A stretch of 63,818 nucleotides of DNA, filler included, from Octopus bimaculoides (GCF_001194135.2; 5 parts of 4 records of this genome joined end to end with filler, not necessarily neighbours in it); one strand, 5' to 3'; numbered from the whole stretch's first letter, positions 36,951 to 50,940 are shown. Notes: generated by a model not told the origin, from the sequence alone. A program made the numbers and translations.

Positions 36951-37966
36951 ATCAACCACTATATCAATTCCTTTCTCCCCAAAGGTGTTATTTCAGCATC
37001 CATGAAGTTGGAACTATTAAATTAGAACATTAATTGTGTAGAACTCGCTGACAAAAAAAAAGCCTGCGATTGCAATGTGTACTATATCTTCCTCGAACCA
37101 ACCCAGAGAAACAGCACCCGCTAAACTGAAATCACAACCTTATTTCCCTTTTCATTCTTATTATTGTGATACGTGTATTTCATGTTAATTGTCTTCTGGT
37201 AGACATTTAATGAAATAAAATTCTATTTCTGATCACTCTTCACCTTTATCTACATACATGTCTGTCTATGATCTGCTCTCCGTTTTTAAAACGGCATGGC
37301 GTGACTTAAAATGGTTTAACACCTATTTCAATCAGTTACAACGACCGCTTGGAAGCTCTGTATAGGCTTATTCACAAAATATTTCACAGTATTTGATTTC
37401 ATAGGCATTATAAATACGTCTGGGAAATACATGACCAGGAAAAGAAAACTTTGTCCTTCTCATCTCCTATAATTATGAAGTCTCCTTCGCGGAATCTTTT
37501 TACCATAGGAATAGATTGATTAAAAAAAAAAAGATTCGTATTGTAGATGATTTAGTTAGGTTTGGGTTTTGTTTTAGAATCGAGCCACTATCAACATTCA
37601 CCAAAATGCTTGATTCTCATTTGAAAAATTCTGCTGAAATATCTATAAGAGAAAGATAATATAGTTATATATGGTAATTGAAAAGTTGTGCACTACGTTT
37701 TTCAATGCAGAGAAGCTATTTCAACTATTGCTATTCATTATATTAAAATTCCTTTTTCCCTGAGATATCAGTTCGCTAAATTTTGACACGTGTAAATCTT
37801 CTCTTCGACATTTCACTTTCTGTTTTAATTCGTTTGTTGTTTTCCCTTGTTTCTTCGGATTACATGAATTCAAAGTAAGCTCAACAACATTATACTGGTT
37901 TCACCTTTCTACATACATACATGCATACATACATACATACGTACATACATACGTACGTACATGCAT

Positions 37967-38006
<40 letters not shown>

Positions 38007-38449
38007 NNNNNNNNNNNNNNNNNNNNNNNNNNNNNNNNNNNNNNNNNNNNNNNNNNNNNNNNNNNNNNNNNNNNNNNNNNNNNNNNNNNNNNNNNNNNNN
38101 NNNNNNNNNNNNNNNNNNNNNNNNNNNNNNNNNNNNNNNNNNNNNNNNNNNNNNNNNNNNNNNNNNNNNNNNNNNNNNNNNNNNNNNNNNNNNNNNNNNN
38201 NNNNNNNNNNNNNNNNNNNNNNNNNNNNNNNNNNNNNNNNNNNNNNNNNNNNNNNNNNNNNNNNNNNNNNNNNNNNNNNNNNNNNNNNNNNNNNNNNNNN
38301 NNNNNNNNNNNNNNNNNNNNNNNNNNNNNNNNNNNNNNNNNNNNNNNNNNNNNNNNNNNNNNNNNNNNNNNNNNNNNNNNNNNNNNNNNNNNNNNNNNNN
38401 NNNNNNNNNNNNNNNNNNNNNNNNNNNNNNNNNNNNNNNNNNAAATAAG

Positions 38450-38480
<31 letters not shown>

Positions 38481-38710
38481 ATGCATTCTAACTGTCTTTC
38501 CCAAGGCATTTTTACAATGTTTCTTGTCTGTACGTACGCATAATAGTACAGATGAAATTTCTGCCTTGATCAGGAGATCCCAAACAGATAGATATAGGAG
38601 CAATGCCCTTATTATACACCACAATAAGCAGGGATCTAAGAATAGGTATTTGCTACAATATTTTCAGTGGTGTGTAGATAGAAATTGAAATTATGTACTT
38701 GTAATATTGT

Positions 38711-39028
38711 GTCGAGGGTTCCAGCTGATCCGATCAACAGAAACAGCCTGCTCATGAAATTAACGTGTAAGTGGCTGATCACTTCACAGACATAGTTCTC
38801 GGGAAGTGTGACAAGGCTGACCCTTTGAAATACAGGTACAACAGAAACAGGAAGAAAGAGTGAGAGAAAGTTATGGTGAAAAATTACAGCAGGGTTCGCC
38901 ACCATCCCCTGCCGGAGTCTTGTGGAACTTTAGATGTTTTCGTTCAATAAACACTCACAGCGCCTGATCTGGGAATCGAAACAGCTATTCCACAACCGCG
39001 AGTCCGCTGCCCTAACCATTAGGCCATT
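38711..39028 (-). mobile_element. tRNA-derived SINE family D
   Basis: Minus-strand head tggcctaatggttagggcagcggactcgcggttgtggaatagctgtttcgattccc has A and B boxes. The body is shared with 26516-26842. Confidence 0.8.
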
Positions 39029-39675
39029 ATGATGTAGTGGCTAAGAAATGAAGTTAGCCCAGCGAACACGTATTGCTGTGTGTCCAGGGTTGTTTTAGCA
39101 TCCTTCATTTCGGAATCATTTCAATGCATTTACTTCTGATCGATAATAATTAGTAATTAGTATTAACAAAACTGATAATAACTTACTTGCTAATTAGTAA
39201 TTAGTCAGTAATTAGTAAGTAATAACCTACTTGCTAATTACTGACCACTAATTATCATATCCTAGTGAAAATTTAGAATTTTTTTTCTTTTGTAGAATTC
39301 TTAATGGATTTGAATAATTAATATGATAATTATTTCGATATGAACATATTCTGTTTAGAATTATATAAGACAATTGTTCTGCATAATCACATAATATCGT
39401 AACGTTTCAAATAATTGTTTTCAGTATCATTATTACAAAAAATAGAAGTGACCCCTGTTTTAGTAATAGTCTTGGCTTTGAATATTATGCAACTAAAAAC
39501 TATAATTACTTTGAAATAAATCACACAGTTCACGAAAGATTAAAATCACTTTCTATAGTTCTAGACAGTGATTATTGGTAAAAATATATAAACTGATGGG
39601 GTACAATGGTGTTGAAACGTTGAATATAATGAAGGAAACATACTACTGTTGAGCTCAGAAATACTGAATGGCTCA

Positions 39676-39910
39676 AGGGCGGTGAGCTGGCAGAATCGTT
39701 AGCACGCCGGGCGAAATGCTTAGCGGTATTTCGTCTGCAGCTACGTTCTGAGTTCAAATTCCGCCGAGGTCGACTTTGCCTTTCATCCTTTCGGGGTCGA
39801 TTAAATAAGTACCAGTTACGTACTGGAGTCGATATAATCAACTTAATCCGTTTGTCTGTCCTTGTTTCTCCCCTCTGTCTGTAGCCCCTTGTGGGCTGTA
39901 AAGAAATAAG
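39676..39910 (+). mobile_element. Full-length SINE family A, alternative-tail subfamily
   Basis: Canonical head and core, but the tail is aatccgtttgtctgtccttg...gccccttgtgggctgtaaagaaataa. Confidence 0.9.
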
Positions 39911-40090
39911 AATCGTTAGCACGCCGAGCGACATTTCGTCCGTCTTCATGTTCTGAGTTCAAATTCCTCCTAGATCGATATTGCCTTTCATCCTTTCAGG
40001 GTCGATAAAATAAGTACCAGTTGAACACATGAGTCAGTGCAATCGACTTACCCCCTCCCTCGGAATTACTGGCCAAAATTTCAAATCAAT
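39911..40090 (+). mobile_element. SINE family A, directly tandem to the previous copy
   Basis: gaatcgttagcacgccg...gagttcaaattcc...gtcgataaaataagtaccagtt...actggccaaaatttcaaatc. Confidence 0.8.
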
Positions 40091-41399
40091 ATTGGATAGT
40101 TCATTGAAAGCTTGTGTGATATGACAACATACTAGTTCTGGAGCGTAAATGTTATGTTTTATTATGTAATTAATAGTAAAATATTCACGATTTGAGTGCT
40201 TCACATATTCTTCTCGGTTAAGACGGAAGATAAATTCCTCTGAAAATGTTGTGGGCAAAAACAAAGAAATCATAATACACAAATAGAGAGGTGCAAAAGC
40301 AAATTAATCATGGTTTATTATATCAGTTTTCGGTTTCTTGTACTTTACAAAAGTTACTATGCGATATAAACTGCACACACTGTGAATCTTGTTTGACTCT
40401 ATCCATAGCAGTCTGAATGCGTTCGTGTTAGTTCTCAGAACCTTTGTTTAATTAACTCAAATCACGCACAAATGTTCATCTTCCATTCTTGATCGCGACC
40501 CAGTTTTTAAATTTTTCGTTGTGCTGAAAGGCCTCTCTAATGGATAAATTCTTACGGGTACTGTTAAAGCACTAAGAGAATCTAGTCAAAAAGAAAGAAA
40601 TAGATTAATATGTGTGAGCAATTACTGAAATCTGTTTTCTAATCTACCATATTGTTTATATCTTTTATGATGAAATTTCAAACCAAACCACTGCTTAATC
40701 GACTTAATTTATTTTCACAAAGCGCTTTATGAATTCATATATTGTAGCTTTGCCATTTGTAGTGAAGTGAATAGTGGCTAAAAATTTGCTTATTTTCAGC
40801 TGCAAATAGGATTTTCATTGTTAACTTTATAGACTGTATAAATGGTACATAGACTGATGTATGAAAACATTCTCCTATAGTGAAACACCAATTAATATCA
40901 TTGTCATCTGGACTAAGAAGAGGAAAACTTATGTTGGATGACTACACTGAAGTTAAATGCCATTAAACAAGACAGAAGTAAAAATATTTTGCACTACTAA
41001 AATAAAGAATTTTAACAGGTTTCCTAAACTGTAAAGCAATTTTTTTTCAAACATGTTGGTGAACAGCCTTTAAGTTTAACATTTCTGCAACCGTCTCTAG
41101 AAGGGTGGACATTGTGACAAATAAGTGCGGTCTGTGCTGTATGTGCTAGGCTACAGAGAATATTTCTATTTTCCAAAAGTTGTTACAATAATAGATAAAG
41201 AAATAGAAAGTCATGCTTCTAAAATTTTCAGTTGAAAAGATGTATTCTAAACAGAAATACATCAACAAAGATATGTTCCCGTATTATGGTATTTCCTCGA
41301 ATTCAGTATACGTTAATTTTCTCGTTCCTTGTTTAAAATCATAGCAAGTAAAAATATAAACTTGATTCAAAATCTTGGGTTCCGGGTGTTAGTGTCACA

Positions 41400-41426
41400 A
41401 TAATAATATTAATAATGATAATAATG

Positions 41427-41490
<64 letters not shown>

Positions 41491-41500
41491 TAATAATAAA
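41400..41500. repeat. (AAT)n microsatellite
   Basis: Directly visible. Confidence 0.95.
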
Positions 41501-42041
41501 AATAAAATGCAATGTAAAAATAACTGGATATAAAATCGTGGTATAATGACGCCATCATATTCATCATCAAAAACAGATAGGAAAACTTTTATGGCGGACA
41601 GCCTCACTGACGTAACTTGCCAGTCGAAAAAGCTACATCAAAAGTCATTGTACATGACTAAATCTCGAATATTGCATGTGATATAATTACTCATCAAAAG
41701 CTTTTAACATATATTCTACTTTTAGGAAAATGTCCACAACTGTCTCGAAAATGTGACTGTATGTGTGTCCGGCTGAAGTTTACATTTAAATCTTCCGAAA
41801 GCAATTACAATTATATATATATATATATATATATATAAAGAAAACATGAATGATTGTTTCTAACATATGAAATGTACTGAAAAGGCTCTACGTGGACGCT
41901 CAGAGTACACGAAACACAAGTCTAGATTCTTTAAAACCTAATCCTACCATTTAATAAAAGGAAGAAAGCATAGAACGAAGTAGTCTTTGGGCTACAGAAA
42001 TACAAGCCATGACTAGAATGTTTTTGAATTAGGCATGGGAT

Positions 42042-43520
42042 TAAGAGGGTGGCTTGAAAATTTCATAGGCTGAATATGAATGAGTGATGTTTGAGCTGTG
42101 AAATCCTGCAAGCAATAATTTAGTTCAACTTATTTATAACTGCATTGTTTCTTTCTAGGTAAACTGACACCTGACTGTTGAAAGAATACTTCAAAAGTAA
42201 CTAGTAGCGACTCCTGTGGAAGATGGACAACATTTGAAACCGTGATGTTAACAAGTACCTACAGAAACTTTCATGCTGACATGGTTGCTATATTCTTTTC
42301 TACTCTAGGCACAAGGCCCGAAATTTGGGGGAGGTGGGGCCAGTCGATTAGATCGATCCCAGTACGTAACTGGTACTTAATTTATCCACCCCGAAAGGAT
42401 GAAAGGCGAAATCGACCACGGCGGAATTTGAACTCAGAACGTAAAGACAGACGAAATACTGTTAAGCATTTCACCCGGCGTGTTAAGGTTTCTCCCAGCT
42501 CGCCGCCTTGATATGGTTGCTATATTAGGGAATGACGCTCCATTTTTATCAGCAGTGCAAAAATGGGCTGTTGAATGTATGAGGGAAAGGGATAGCGTTG
42601 AAGAAGACCTAAGGTCTGAACGTCCTGCAACTGTCACTACCGAGGAAAACATTGATGGTGTTCACTACATGATGATAGATGACAGGCGTTTGACTATAAA
42701 TCAAATAGCCAATGATATTGACAGAATCCATGAAAGAGATGAGACTATCCTACACAATGAAGCTGGCATGATGAAAGTTTCTTCTCGGTGGGTGCTATAT
42801 CTTCAGTCACCTCATCAAAAGCGCACCAGGCTAATCACATCACAGAAAAAATTAGACATTGTTTGAGGCAGATCAAGCTGGTTTCCTTGAACGTTTTATA
42901 ACCCAGCACACGTGATGGGCCCATCACTTTGAACCAGAGACAAAGAGAGAATCAATGGTGTGGAAACATCCCACCTCACTTGCTCCAAAATAGTCAAAGG
43001 TCGTTTGATCTGCAAGGAAGGTGATGGCCTCAGTTTTTGGGATCCAAAATGCAGTGTTTATTGACTATCTGCAAAAGAGTCACACCATCAATGGAGAGTA
43101 CTATACTAACTTTTCGTAGCAGTTACGAAAGGCTATGAAGTTCGAGCGCCCGAAAAATTAACGAAAGGTATTTTTTTCATCAGAACAAGGCTCCAGCACA
43201 CAAGTCATTGGTTTCAATGGCTACTGTGCGTGACTGTGGCTTTAAACTAGTTGATCACCCTCCCTATTCTCCTGGTTAGTCCCCACCTCAGAATCATCTG
43301 TTCGGCAGCACTGGGGACCAGTGTTGCAGTGATGATGACACCATGTCTGGTTTTGACCAACAAAATGACAGCTTCTTTAGCAATGGGATCCAAGTATGGC
43401 GACATCAATGGAAGAAGTGTGTGGACTGCGGGTAGGAATTTGTTTAAAAATAGATCTCATTTGGTCACATTCCATGAGAGTATCTTGGTCAGCCTATGAT
43501 ATTTATAGCCGAACCGCGTA
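42042..43520 (+). mobile_element. Near full-length mariner (DD34D-type) transposon, pseudogenised and interrupted by a SINE
   Basis: FHADMVA|ILGNDAPFLSAVQKWA...RSERP...DDRRLTINQIA...KVSSRWV; HHFEPETKRES; KVMASVF; HQNKAPAHKS; DHPPYSP. Degenerate TIRs share tcataggctga (42063-42073 and its reverse complement near 43489-43499). Confidence 0.9.
42295..42510 (-). mobile_element. Full-length SINE family A nested in mariner
   Basis: Complete family-A sequence flanked by the 14-bp TSD atggttgctatatt (42281-42294 and 42513-42526). Confidence 0.92.
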
Positions 43521-43545
43521 CGTACGTATGTACATATGTACGTAT

Positions 43546-43790
43546 GTAAAGACCCCTTCAGTCATGAATAAACAAGGGATTGCACCTACAAAGTTCTCCT
43601 CTGAGGTACAAGTCTGGGCAAGGTTGTTTTTGTGGAAGACCAGCAGTTGCCAATGCATGGCAGCCTCCTGTCTCCACGCCACAAGGCCGATACAGCTTGG
43701 CACCAGTGACATCGCAACTCAATTCTACAGGAGAGTGAACTGGAGCAAATAAAGTGACTTGTTCAACAACGCAACACACAGTCCGGTCCT
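43546..43790 (-). mobile_element. SINE family C, 5'-truncated
   Basis: Colinear with 55231-55500. Confidence 0.8.
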
Positions 43791-43885
43791 CCTCTTTAGT
43801 ATTTAATAAATCTCAATTAGTCATTTTGTATGTTTAGTTGCTGCTTCTTTGTCTTCCTCACTCTCTGTGTTTCTTTGACTCCCGC

Positions 43886-43947
<62 letters not shown>

Positions 43948-43948
43948 A

Positions 43949-44000
<52 letters not shown>

Positions 44001-44205
44001 GTCCACCGAGCGATCTATAAATTTGTCTCTATATCGACTGGTGTGCCAATAAATCAAACTGTACTGCTTNNNNNNNNNNNNNNNNNNNNNNNNNNNNNNN
44101 NNNNNNNNNNNNNNNNNNNNNNNNNNNNNNNNNNNNNNNNNNNNNNNNNNNNNNNNNNNNNNNNNNNNNNNNNNNNNNNNNNNNNNNNNNNNNNNNNNNN
44201 NNNNN

Positions 44206-44246
<41 letters not shown>

Positions 44247-44292
44247 GTTCGAGAAATAGATAGATTTATTATATAGACAAACAGGCAGACAA

Positions 44293-44335
<43 letters not shown>

Positions 44336-44907
44336 CGTCTGGTAGAAGGTACTAAAATGTTGGTATGTTGTCATACATTAATTATAGCTTGAAACCATGT
44401 TTATTTTTTAAACATATCCAACAAATTCGCACTGAAAAATTTTAAAAGTAAACAATGAAAAAAAATGAAAAATAATATACACATTGAATTTGCTTTTTCA
44501 TTCATTGGCTTCAAAAAGTTCTTCATGTGGTTGTTGTTGCTATTTATTTCGAATTTTCACTGAGTAAAAATGTCCTCTCTCTTAATATCCATAATATATT
44601 GTTGTATTTAAATTAGGTTGAAAACAAACAAATAAATATCAGATTCGTTTAAAAAAATGATTCCGTGTAACTGAAAAATAGCAACCGCAACATCTTTTTT
44701 TGCTTTTCACCACAGATTTAGCACAACAGCTTATTTTATTACTTCCTCAATCTCTGAATAATTGTTGTTCTATTTTCGGCAACTTTCGACGTTTATTTCG
44801 CCAAATCTCTTCTCCCTTCTCATCCACTATCGCCATATTTATTCCGTTTCCAGGACGCATATGCATGAGTGTGTAAACACACACACGCACACATTTATAT
44901 CCACCCA

Positions 44908-44946
<39 letters not shown>

Positions 44947-44960
44947 NNNNNNNNNNCCCA

Positions 44961-45024
<64 letters not shown>

Positions 45025-47643
45025 AGTGAAGAGATTTATTTTTATGTATGTTGTGTATGTATGCATACGTTTTCATCGTTTGTTTAGAAACCGTTGTGTT
45101 TTTCTTTTCTCCCGTTATCAGCGATTGCGGTCTCCATCTTAAACCAATTTCCCGCCTCCTTTTTTCATAACCCACACACTTCTGTGACTAGCAGGTGCAA
45201 TCCGCTATTACCACCGCATAACCATCTGCAAGAATTGAATTATGTGTCTCTTGAAATGCAAGTTCATTTCATTAGGCGTGTTGCTTCTGAACATGGTCTG
45301 TTAATAAGAAAACGAAAACGAAAGGTTGAGAAAGCGTTCCATTTCTGCTGGCAATGACCAACTTATGAATAATGAATTCTCTTCACCTCTGATCTCTTGT
45401 TGCAAGTTGTTGTTCGCGTTTGGGTTGCCGATAATGGCCTCTAGCTTACTGCGCCACCGGCCTTTTCACAAGAAACGATTATCTATTTGATAGAGACCAG
45501 ATTGGGATGGCCAGGCGCCGTTACTAGCAAATTGGCTTGTCTTTCTTCCTATATTCGTCCCTGCGGTGACTGGCTCCGTCAGTTGATCATTAACAATGAA
45601 TCTGATTGGTTACTTTAACTGTCACGCTGAGGGCCGAAGTAACAATTCTATCTGTGCTTGATCTACGAAGTGCTGATAGCTATGTTGTAAGAGAAAAAAC
45701 AAAACAAAAAAAAACAAGATCAAAAAATATAAATAATCCCAAATAAAAAAAGGAAAGAACAGCTAAAAAACAAATACTGAAATATGAAAAAAGAAAGAAA
45801 TAGATATTTTTAAGCGAGCATTAAACGTAAAGTATAAATAAGTATTAAATTCAAAATACCCCCACCGCCACCACCACAACCACCACAACCACCATCAGCA
45901 TCATCATCACCATGATTATGATTATCATTGTTGATATTATTACTATCTTCATTTGTTGTTGTTGTTGTTGTTGTTGTTGCTGTTTTATCATTAACTTTTT
46001 AAATATCTTGAATATTTTTATACAGAGTGTATGCATAATTTATAAGTAACNNNNNNNNNNNNNNNNNNNNNNNNNNNNNNNNNNNNNNNNNNNNNNNNNN
46101 NNNNNNNNNNNNNNNNNNNNNNNNNNNNNNNNNNNNNNNNNNNNNNNNNNNNNNNNNNNNNNNNNNNNNNNNNNNNNNNNNNNNNNNNNNNNNNNNNNNN
46201 NNNNNNNNNNNNNNNNNNNNNNNNNNNNNNNNNNNNNNNNNNNNNNNNNNNNNNNNNNNNNNNNNNNNNNNNNNNNNNNNNNNNNNNNNNNNNNNNNNNN
46301 NNNNNNNNNNNNNNNNNNNNNNNNNNNNNNNNNNNNNNNNNNNNNNNNNNNNNNNNNNNNNNNNNNNNNNNNNNNNNNNNNNNNNNNNNNNNNNNNNNNN
46401 NNNNNNNNNNNNNNNNNNNNNNNNNNNNNNNNNNNNNNNNNNNNNNNNNNNNNNNNNNNNNNNNNNNNNNNNNNNNNNNNNNNNNNNNNNNNNNNNNNNN
46501 NNNNNNNNNNNNNNNNNNNNNNNNNNNNNNNNNNNNNNNNNNNNNNNNNNNNNNNNNNNNNNNNNNNNNNNNNNNNNNNNNNNNNNNNNNNNNNNNNNNN
46601 NNNNNNNNNNNNNNNNNNNNNNNNNNACATATATATATATATATGAATGTACGTTTGCATATAGAGGTTTACGAAGATACAAATATTGTGTGCAGGAAAA
46701 AAATCACGAAAGGAAGCAAAAATATAATTTACATAGGGGAGGGTGGGAGGAAGGGAGGGAGGGAAATAGGCGTTAATAAAATATGCATAGATATGAACGT
46801 ATTTTTTTTGCGATAGACTAGGGGTATCTCGCGGGAAATGTCTAAGCCATCAGATTCTCGTTACATGTTTCCACTATCTTCATCTCTCACTACCGTCTAT
46901 ATAGTGTATATTTGTAATGTATTTATATACGAACATTTGGAACCAGATAGAAAAAAAAAACACACATACTGACATACAAATTCATGCAAACAGTCACACG
47001 TTTTGACATACACATTCATATAAACACTCACACATATTAATATATTTCATACAACGTTTATACATGTGTGTACATATATAATATAAACCCTGGATTATAT
47101 GTGTGTATAAGGCTACATATTTGCATAAAACATTGTGCCTACATGTAAATCTATAATTATTTACATACACACATACACACACACACACGCACATCAACAG
47201 AAATATGATTCTTTATACATATACTTACCTATATGGAGCATAATATCTACATAACCTTACATTGGTATTCATAGAATCATATCTGCTCATATAAGTACAT
47301 ATATTGTGTATTTTATATGAATCTGTGTGTGTGTGTGTATTACACACATATATAGTTATGTATATGAGCATACATATGTGGAAGTCAATCAAATTCATTC
47401 ATGAAAACATATTTAGATCTTGCAACGAACAGTAAGTCATGAAGATATTGAACTATAGTAAGTCGCATAAAATATGGCGCTTTTTATCATTTATAACTCA
47501 CGCCATAACAGCTCCCCATCTAGCAGAAACGTACGTGGGCTAAAACACCAACGACATAATCTCATGTATGTATGCACTTTGACAGAGGTAAACACACGAG
47601 CGTATTTGCGTGTATGCGTATAAGATGGAGAAAAGGAGAGAGA

Positions 47644-47721
<78 letters not shown>

Positions 47722-48324
47722 TTTGTGTGTTGTTAGATGTGCAGCACATTTAGCTTTCTGTATGGTGGTTAGTCCTACACTGTACTTAGTAGTGCTAGTA
47801 GTTAGTAGTTATTGTACACAGAGCATATATCGCGGAAGAGAAAGTATAAATAGTTATTAACTAATAGTTATTAACTAATAACTTGTACTTTTGTTAGGCG
47901 TAATTTCCACAAATGTATGTACACATACACACACACGCATACACACACATAGAAAGAGAGATAGAGAGAGAGAAGAAGAAAGAAAGAAAGAAAGAAAGAA
48001 CGAAAGAGTGAGAGAGGTGGGGAGAGAGAGAGGTACGAGATCGTGGATGAACGAAAGAAAATATTATTCGATATATTGAGTTCCAGCTTAATAACAGATA
48101 AGTTCGGTAGGTGCATCCGCACTTGTATAGAATGAAGCAATCACTATATCTACCTGTCAAACGATGGGTATATAACTATCTACGTGTATGTGTGTATATA
48201 AAACTAACCTTATGAAAGACTTCACAGTTTGGATTGGAACTGATCATCAACCATGGTCTGATATCATGGTCTCATCCGTTGGGGGTCTAACGAATTTAAA
48301 TAGATTACTATTCGTTACAGTAGC

Positions 48325-49290
48325 CCGAAAGTTTTGTTCACAACCTTGAAAAGGCGTGGAATAACTGACAATATGCTAAATCCTGTCATTTCATATGATG
48401 AAGAGAATGAGTACCTTCGTTCACTCGACTCTGTCGACGTTTGCTATGGTACTAAACAAAATTACATCATGGTTCCTGTTCTCTCTGTTTTCACTTTGTC
48501 GATAATGCTCCATCATAGCTATGGTGATCTCGTGAAAATGTTAAATTCGAATTCTACATAAGAGGTGATCTTTTAAATCACTTGAGATTTAAATTTAGCT
48601 ATGACCAGGACCGGCATATGACCAGGACCGGCATATATTTTTATTGAGGACGTTGTATTCGACACAACATCGGTCGAAGAAGTACAAGACCTTATCGATC
48701 GTTTTCTGCTCTTACGCAAAACCTTTCATTTAAGTACCCGCGAAAGAAAACGTAAATAATGCACCAGCAAAGTTTACATCTAAACAGGTCAGAAACTGAG
48801 ATCGTAAACACTACTAACCCGTTCACGAATTCTTAGATGCACCGGTCCAGTACTTTGAAAGCGGTGCAAACTCATTTGCCTCTATAAACGACGGGTTTGC
48901 AACGCAACAGAGTTATCTGAAAACCCCGTCACTGTCTTTGGAAAGAAAGAGAAATATTTTTTATCATTAATGTCATTTAGCATCCAATCGTTTGATTGTA
49001 TGTTTCAGAATCGTGGACCTCATACAGAAACCCTATTAATTATCTCGTAGTTTTAATGAACGTTGTCTTTCAACCAGAGGATGCTCTTGGCAATTAAAAA
49101 AACAAGGTCCGATTCTGATTGGTTTGCTAAACGTGGCAGCGAAACATTGAATTATCTGTTGTTCGATTTCAAATCGTATGGATTGAGCATATCGTCATAA
49201 CGTGTTGACAGAATATGTAATTCTCTCAAAGACGAATACATAATCGAGGTGCAACACTCCAGTTGTGGTCTGCTAACTCTATCAGCGCTC
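48325..49290 (+). mobile_element. RTE-clade LINE RT region, heavily decayed
   Basis: With stops and frameshifts: VCYGTKQNYIMVPVLS (GVKQGCVLAP-like), GDLLNHLRFK, SVEEVQDLIDRF, SESWTSYRNPINYL..NERCL. It contains a 17-bp tandem duplication tatgaccaggaccggca at 48600-48633. Confidence 0.7.
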
Positions 49291-49754
49291 AGCATACAAA
49301 CGTACAAGTATACCCATAGTCACAAGAACGAAATCACATAGACACATTCACACACAACAGACATATACACACGTATGCGCGGGCACACACATAAATGTAT
49401 ATAAATATACGTACATGTATATGTAGTTAATATATACATACGAATATATTTGTATATATAATTATATCTGTGTGTGAGTGTGTGTGTGTGTGTGTGTGTA
49501 TGTAAACTCTGGATTATATGTGAATACGGTTACGTGTTTACATAAAACATTGTGCGTACATGTAAAATTTTAATTATTTATATAGAAAGATACATTGACA
49601 CACACACACATCAACTGAGATAATATTCTTTATGCTTATACTTAACTATATGGAGCATAATATCTAAATAAACCTACATTGGTATTTATAGAATTATATC
49701 TGCCCATATAAGTACATATATTGTGTGTATGTTTTATATATATATATATATATA

Positions 49755-50611
49755 CAGGGTGCATTTATTTGGTCATCGCTGCATTTTTTGCTAATTCTGT
49801 ATAATCTTTGTTTCAGAAAACAATAATGGCAGACCCTCAGCTTACTCAAGAAATGATGAGGCATGCTGTTATTGTGGTTATAAAGGCTGAGCATAACGGT
49901 TTAGAAATATCTCGATTTTTAAAAGTTGCCAGATCTTTCGCCTTCAAAGTTTGTAAGGAGCTAGAGACTGAAGATGGAAACGTATCACCAGTATCAAGGC
50001 ATAAAAAGCATTCTAAATACTCTGAAATAATCAGAACACCTGAATTTATCCAACAAGTTCAACAGACCATTGACTAAAATCCCAGGAAATCCATGAGGTC
50101 AATTGCAAAAGATCTCCACCTGTCAGAAGGAACAGTCAGAAATGTTGTCCACGAAGACATCTTATATAATGATGAACGGTCAATTTGCCAGAAAAAGTAA
50201 AAGAAAATCACTACATCAGGTCTAAAATGCTCTTAAACAAACTGTAAAATCCAGCAGAAGACGATTTGATTTGGTTTTCCTCAAATGAGAAAAACTTCGA
50301 CCGAGATCAAAAAGTTAACAGAAAAAAATGACAGATGGTTATATGCAGACCCTTCTGAAGTTCCAAGTGTTATGCATGCAAAATTTTCTGCAACTGCCAT
50401 GATTTTAGGGATTGTCAGTTATGAAAGACATTTGATGCCTCCTTACTTCTTTCCACAAGGCCTAAGAGTTAACTCTACCGCCTACATTGAGGTCCTGGAA
50501 ATAATTGTTAAGCCCTGGATAGATAGCGTGTGCAATGGAAGACCATATGTGTTTCAGTAAGACTCTGCACTATCACATATGGCTCTAGTAACACAAGAAT
50601 GGATGGCTGAA
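49755..50611 (+). mobile_element. maT/DD37D-type Tc1-mariner transposon, 3'-truncated pseudogene
   Basis: Starts TA|CAGGGTG. Translates MADPQLTQEMMRHAVIV...IRTPEF...KSMRSIAKDL; WFSSNEKNFDRDQK; NDRWL...MPPYFFPQGLRVNSTAYIEVL...VKPWI...GRPYVFQ*DSALSH...TQEW. Confidence 0.85.
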
Positions 50612-50940
50612 AGGGAGTTGTGGTGTTTTGAAACCAGGTTGTTGATCTTCTTCATGATGTGGTGGTCTGTATTTGAAGGATATTTTGCAATAGAAGGTTG
50701 TGTCCTTCAGTTTGTCCTCAACCAAATACTTGCAGAACTCTGCATCCATAATAATAATTGCACCTCCTTTATCTGCTTGTTTAATTATTATTGTTACTTC
50801 CTTTTTTTTTTTGAGTGGAGGAGGAAGGTAATTTGATTTATTCTTTACTAGGGATTCATCAATCTCATTCTCCAAGTCGTAACTTACGACATAATTTTTG
50901 GGTATCCTCCTTTATTTCTTTATTACTTAAGATGTGTTTC
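50612..50940 (-). mobile_element. Penelope-like element ORF fragment (pre-RT DKG region)
   Basis: Minus strand: IKEDTQKLCRKLRL...DESLVKNKSNYLPP...IIIKQADKGGAIIIMDAEFCKYLVEDKLKDTTFYCKI, the conserved I..ADKG...VIMD...L.D...Y motif of PLEs. Confidence 0.85.

Noticed and set aside
39150-39255. CRISPR-like repeat-spacer arrays here and at 256-311, 48600-48633 and 59205-59260
   Set aside because: There are only two copies each or irregular spacing, no unique spacers of uniform length and no cas genes, and the context is eukaryotic.
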